Shown piece after piece: positions 17,734-21,477 of a stretch of DNA of 21,477 nt (the stretch's first letter is position 1; each line of letters begins with the position of its first letter). Location: the NCBI GenBank assembly GCA_038320275.1, contig JBBQEB010000055.1, positions 1-21,477 on the forward strand. Direction: 5' to 3'. The stretch is from Myxococcales bacterium. Its GTDB lineage: Bacteria > Myxococcota > Myxococcia > Myxococcales > Anaeromyxobacteraceae. The translations under genes were made by a program, and so were the position numbers. The notes under the pieces are model-generated. The model did not search any database. It was not told the origin of the DNA and saw nothing but the letters and a program-made list of their open reading frames with translations.

Positions 17734-18686
17734 GCGGCGGCGGGCTGCGCGGCCATCGCTGCGCGGACGATGTCGGCGAGCGCCGCGATGAAGTCCGGCC
17801 TGGCGCCCACCGCCGCCGCCCGGTCGAAGAACACGGCGCCGGCCTTCAGCGCGGCCTCGCGCGCCAGGATGTCGAGGTCGTACAGCGTCTCCAGGTGCTC
17901 CGAGACGAAGGCGATGGGCACGCCGACGATGGCCTTGCCGGCCGCGTGAGCGGTGAGGAAGTCGACGGTGTCGGGCCCCAGCCACTTCAGCGGTCCCACC
18001 CGGCTCTGATAGGTGACGCGCCACTGGTCGGGCCGGAGCCCGGCGCGCTCGGCCGTTCCGCGCGCCGAGAGGTCCACGTACCTGGCGTACGGGTCGCCCT
18101 TCTGGATCTCCCGCAGCGGCAGGCCGTGCGCGCTGAATACCACCAGCAGCCGATCCCGCAGCTCAGCGGGCACCCGGGCGATCGCCTCGCGCAGGGTGGC
18201 CGCCGAGGCGTCGAGCCAGCCCGGGTGATCGTGCCAGGTGCAGATCTCCGCGAGGGGCTTTCCGCGCGGCCAGAAGCGCCGAAGCTCGGCGAGCGAGCTG
18301 CGGGTGGTGGCGTTGGCCCACTGCGGGTAGAGCGGCAGCGCCACCGCGCTCGTCGCGCCGGCGGCCAGCGCCTCGCGGACGCCCTCGGCGGTGTTCGGAT
18401 GGCCGCAGCGCATGGCGAGGTGCGTGGTGAAGCCCGGCCCGAGCTCCTCTGCCAGCGCGCGGGCCTGCTCCTGGGTGCGCTCGACGAGCGGAGAGCGGCC
18501 GCCGATGAGCGCGTACTTCTCCGACGAGGACGGCGCCCTGCGGTTAGCGATGAGCCATGCTAGCGGCTTCTTGAGAGGGCCGAGCCCGGAAGGAAGCACG
18601 TCCAGGAACAGGTCGTAAAGGTAGGGCTCCACCTCGGCGAGCGAGCGGGGCCCACCCAGGTTGAGGAGGAACACGGCGGTCGTCAT
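17730..18686 (-). CDS. hemH: Ferrochelatase
   Basis: Motifs LLNLGGP, IGGRSPL, LPLYPQ, FSAHGLP, GDPY, YQSRVGP..WLGP and FVSEHLETLYDLD. Confidence 0.96.
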   Translation of the reverse strand: MTTAVFLLNLGGPRSLAEVEPYLYDLFLDVLPSGLGPLKKPLAWLIANRRAPSSSEKYALIGGRSPLVERTQEQARALAEELGPGFTTHLAMRCGHPNTAEGVREALAAGATSAVALPLYPQWANATTRSSLAELRRFWPRGKPLAEICTWHDHPGWLDASAATLREAIARVPAELRDRLLVVFSAHGLPLREIQKGDPYARYVDLSARGTAERAGLRPDQWRVTYQSRVGPLKWLGPDTVDFLTAHAAGKAIVGVPIAFVSEHLETLYDLDILAREAALKAGAVFFDRAAAVGARPDFIAALADIVRAAMAAQPAAA

Positions 18687-18698
18687 GGCGAGCTCCCC

Positions 18699-20075
18699 TC
18701 AGACCGTCCGAGAGAAGGTCTGCTTCGCGCCCTGGCCGGGAAGGTAGGCGTCGAACAGCATGGCGACATTGCGCACGAGGAGCTGACCCACCGGCGAGAT
18801 CTGAAGGACGTCGCCGTCGAAGGTGACGAGCCCGTCGTCCTGGAGCTCCGCCACGCCCTTTGCGAGCGAGGCCTCGATGGAGGCCCGGGCGGGCTGACCG
18901 AACTTTGCAGCGACCTCGCGCAGGTCGAGCCGCAGGAGGCACATGACGCGGTTGATCACGAAGCGGCGGAGCACGTCGTCGTCCGAGACCGCGGCGCCGC
19001 GCTCGATGGGAAGGACCCCCGCGTCCACCCGGTCGCCCCACTCCTTGAGCTTGTGCGAGCTCTGCGCGTAGGCGCCGCCCAGGTCCGAGATGGAGCTCAT
19101 GCCGAAGGCCACCGTATCGGCCGCGGGACGCACCGTGTAGCCCTGGAAGTTGCGGGTCAGGTAGCCCCCGGTCTGCGCCCGCGCGAGCTCGTCCGTCTCG
19201 AGGGCGAAGTGGTCGAGGCCGATGAGGCGATAACCCGCCTTGGTGAACGCCTCCACCGCGCCCAGGAACAGCTCCACACGCTGCTCCGTCTTCGGCAGCG
19301 CCTCCTGCGGCAGCAACCGCTGGTGCGGCTTCGCCCAGGGGACGTAGGCGAAGCCGAACACTGCCAGGCGGTCGGGATGGATGCGGAGGATGCGCGCGAG
19401 CGTGGGCTCCCACGTCTCGGGAGTCTGGTAGGGGAGCCCGTAGATGAGGTCGAGGTTCACCCCCTTGAAGCCGTTCTTGCGTGCGGCCTCCACCAGGTCC
19501 GCGGTCTCCTTCTCGCCCTGGATGCGCCCCACCACCTCCTGCACCTTGGCGTCGAAGTCCTGCACGCCCATGGAGATGCGGTTGAAGCCGAGCCCGGCCA
19601 GGGCCTCGATCTGCGCGCGGGTGGTGATGGCTGGGTCGATCTCGACCGCCTTCTCCACGTCCGGCGTGAACTCGAAGTGCCGCGCCAGGAGCTCGTGGCA
19701 GCGCTTCAGCTGCTTCACGTCGAGGAAGGTGGGCGTGCCGCCGCCCCAGTGGAGCTGCGAGACCTGCCGCCGGTTCGGCAGATGCGCCGCCACCAGCGCC
19801 ACCTCCTTCTCGAGCTGGTCCAGGTATCCGTCCGCGCGGCTGCGATCGTGCGTCGCCACCACGTTGCAGCCGCAGAACCGGCACATCTCGCGGCAGAAGG
19901 GCAGGTGCACGTACATGGAGAGCGGTCCCGGCTCGGCGTCGGCGCGGGCGAGGTGCCGCTCGTAGGCGGGCGCCTTGAACGCCTCGCTCCACGAGGGCGC
20001 CGTGGGGTAGCTCGTGTAGCGCGGCCCCGGGCGGTCGTACTTCCGGATGAGCTCCGGCGGCGGGATCTGGATCAT
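18699..20075 (-). CDS. hemN: Oxygen-independent coproporphyrinogen III oxidase (radical SAM)
   Basis: Motifs GPRYTSYPTA, YVHLPFCREMCRFCGC (CxxxCxxC), HWGGGTPT, DLIYGLP, IGLDHFA and RNFQGYT. Confidence 0.97.
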   Translation of the reverse strand: MIQIPPPELIRKYDRPGPRYTSYPTAPSWSEAFKAPAYERHLARADAEPGPLSMYVHLPFCREMCRFCGCNVVATHDRSRADGYLDQLEKEVALVAAHLPNRRQVSQLHWGGGTPTFLDVKQLKRCHELLARHFEFTPDVEKAVEIDPAITTRAQIEALAGLGFNRISMGVQDFDAKVQEVVGRIQGEKETADLVEAARKNGFKGVNLDLIYGLPYQTPETWEPTLARILRIHPDRLAVFGFAYVPWAKPHQRLLPQEALPKTEQRVELFLGAVEAFTKAGYRLIGLDHFALETDELARAQTGGYLTRNFQGYTVRPAADTVAFGMSSISDLGGAYAQSSHKLKEWGDRVDAGVLPIERGAAVSDDDVLRRFVINRVMCLLRLDLREVAAKFGQPARASIEASLAKGVAELQDDGLVTFDGDVLQISPVGQLLVRNVAMLFDAYLPGQGAKQTFSRTV

Positions 20076-20084
20076 CGAAAGCTC

Positions 20085-21131
20085 CTACGGCCGGAACGCG
20101 TGCACCGCCTGCACGAGCGCCCTCACGTTGTCGGGCGGTGTGGGCGGCTGCAGGCCGTGGCCGAGATTGAAGATGTAACCGGGCTCGTGCCCGACAGCCT
20201 CCAGCAGCGCTGCGGCGCGGGCGAGCAGCTTCTCCTTCGGCCCGAGCAGGAGCGTCGAGTCGAGGTTGCCCTGCAGCGCGACGCCAGGGAGCTGCCGCCT
20301 CGCCTCCTGCAGCGGGATGCGCCAGTCGAGCGACACCACGTCGAAGCCGAGCTTGCCGAGCTGCGCGAGGTGGGTGCTCATGCCCGTGGCGAAGAAGATG
20401 GTCGGCACGCCGGTGCGGCGGACCCGCTCGGCGATGCGCGCCAGGTACGGGAAGCTGAACTCCTCCAGGTCCTCGCGGCCGAGCTCGCCGAGCCAGCTCT
20501 CGAAGACCTGCACCGCCTCGACCCCCGCGGCCACCTGGGCCTCGAGCTGCACGATGGCCGCCTCGGTGAGCTTCTCGAACAGCGCGTGGGCGGTGTCCGG
20601 CTCCGCGTAGAGCATCGTCTTGAGCCGGGTGAACCCCTGGCTTCCGCCCTCCACGGCGTAGCTCGCGACGGTGAACGGCCCTCCCACGAATCCAATGAGC
20701 GGGACGCGCCCGGCGAGGGTGCGCTGGATCGCGCGGATCCCCTCCAGCACGTAGGGCAGGTCCTTCTCCGGGTCGGGGACCTTCAGGGCGTTCACCGCGG
20801 CCCGGTCCTTCACCGGATTCGAGATCTTCGGCCCGCCGTCGCCCTTGCCCTTCTCGCCCTTCTCGAAGGACAGGTCGAGGCCCATGGCCGGGAGCGCGAT
20901 GAGGATGTCCGAGAAGAGGATGGCCGCGTCGAGGTCGAACTCGTCGATGGGAGCCGCGGTCACCTGGGCGATGAGCTCGGGCGAGCGGCACAGCTCGAGG
21001 AAGCCGACCCGCTGCCGCACCGCGCGGTAGCTAGGCTGGTAGCGGCCCGCCTGCCGCATGAGCCACACCGGGACGCGGTCGACCGGCTCGCGCCGGCAGG
21101 CCTTCAGGAATCGATGCTGGTTGTCGGGCAT
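20085..21131 (-). CDS. hemE: Uroporphyrinogen decarboxylase
   Basis: Motifs PVWLMRQAGRY, DAAILFSDIL, LIGFVGGPFT.ASY, LQGNLD and IFNLGHG. Confidence 0.97.
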   Translation of the reverse strand: MPDNQHRFLKACRREPVDRVPVWLMRQAGRYQPSYRAVRQRVGFLELCRSPELIAQVTAAPIDEFDLDAAILFSDILIALPAMGLDLSFEKGEKGKGDGGPKISNPVKDRAAVNALKVPDPEKDLPYVLEGIRAIQRTLAGRVPLIGFVGGPFTVASYAVEGGSQGFTRLKTMLYAEPDTAHALFEKLTEAAIVQLEAQVAAGVEAVQVFESWLGELGREDLEEFSFPYLARIAERVRRTGVPTIFFATGMSTHLAQLGKLGFDVVSLDWRIPLQEARRQLPGVALQGNLDSTLLLGPKEKLLARAAALLEAVGHEPGYIFNLGHGLQPPTPPDNVRALVQAVHAFRP

Positions 21132-21142
21132 GAGGGTCGGGC

Positions 21143-21171
21143 ATCTTAGTCGAAATCGCGGGGGGTTCCAG
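21143..21171 (-). promoter_or_regulatory. Candidate promoter immediately upstream of hemE
   Basis: The -10-like TAAGAT (21148-21143) lies 11 nt before the ATG, with a weak -35 (TGGAAC/CTGGAA). No SD is visible, so the transcript may have a short leader. Confidence 0.3.
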
Positions 21172-21197
21172 CCGCGCCTGGCGGGGGCGGCCTTCCC

Positions 21198-21476
21198 TCA
21201 ACGCGACCGGGCCGCCCGGACGCCGAGCGCCTCGACCGCCTGCTCGGCCGTGGCACCGCGCACCCTCACCGTCTTCCGCCTTCCGGTCTTCCCCCGCAGG
21301 AGCTCGACCTCGGCCTTGCGCACCCCCAGCGCCCGCGCGAGGAAGTCGACCAGCTCGTCGTTGGCGGCCCCGTCCACCGGCGGCGCCGCGAGCTTCAGCG
21401 CGAGCCGGCCGTCGTGCTCGCCGGCGGCGCAGGTGCGCGAGGCGCGCGGCTGGACAGCGAGCTCGAGCACCACGCC
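21198..21476 (-). CDS. DUF167 (YggU/UPF0235) family protein, 5' end probably outside the window
   Basis: VQPRASRT...[23 protein letters not shown]....[13 protein letters not shown]; the frame stays open to the window edge. Confidence 0.9.
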   Translation of the reverse strand, partial: GVVLELAVQPRASRTCAAGEHDGRLALKLAAPPVDGAANDELVDFLARALGVRKAEVELLRGKTGRRKTVRVRGATAEQAVEALGVRAARSR

Positions 21477-21477
21477 T

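Overview
High-GC window that looks like Myxococcota (Anaeromyxobacter-like; this is an inference from gene order and protein style). Two core-gene blocks lie on the minus strand. The first is DUF167-hemE-hemN-hemH-otsB-xseA-xseB-response regulator-ispA-dxs-tlyA (21477 to 10986). The second is rimP-nusA-ylxR-infB-DUF503 (5533 to 1), preceded by a rimP-leader terminator. Between them sits a ~5.3 kb accessory segment (about 5650-10985). It carries a two-domain PD-(D/E)xK nuclease, an HNH endonuclease, a C5-cytosine DNA methyltransferase, a convergent Vsr endonuclease and a secreted mono-haem cytochrome c. The most interesting signals are: (i) the nuclease/methyltransferase/Vsr module, a candidate uncharacterised restriction-type defence system; (ii) the HNH gene wedged exactly between the nuclease stop and the methyltransferase start, with two identical 16-bp perfect palindromes, suggesting a selfish element; (iii) ylxR has no ATG/GTG/TTG start and is in frame with nusA behind a single TAG; (iv) a GGTCGN hexamer tract between dxs and tlyA. 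No CRISPR array, tRNA, rRNA, integrase or transposase was seen. Family assignments come from motif recognition only; no searches were run.
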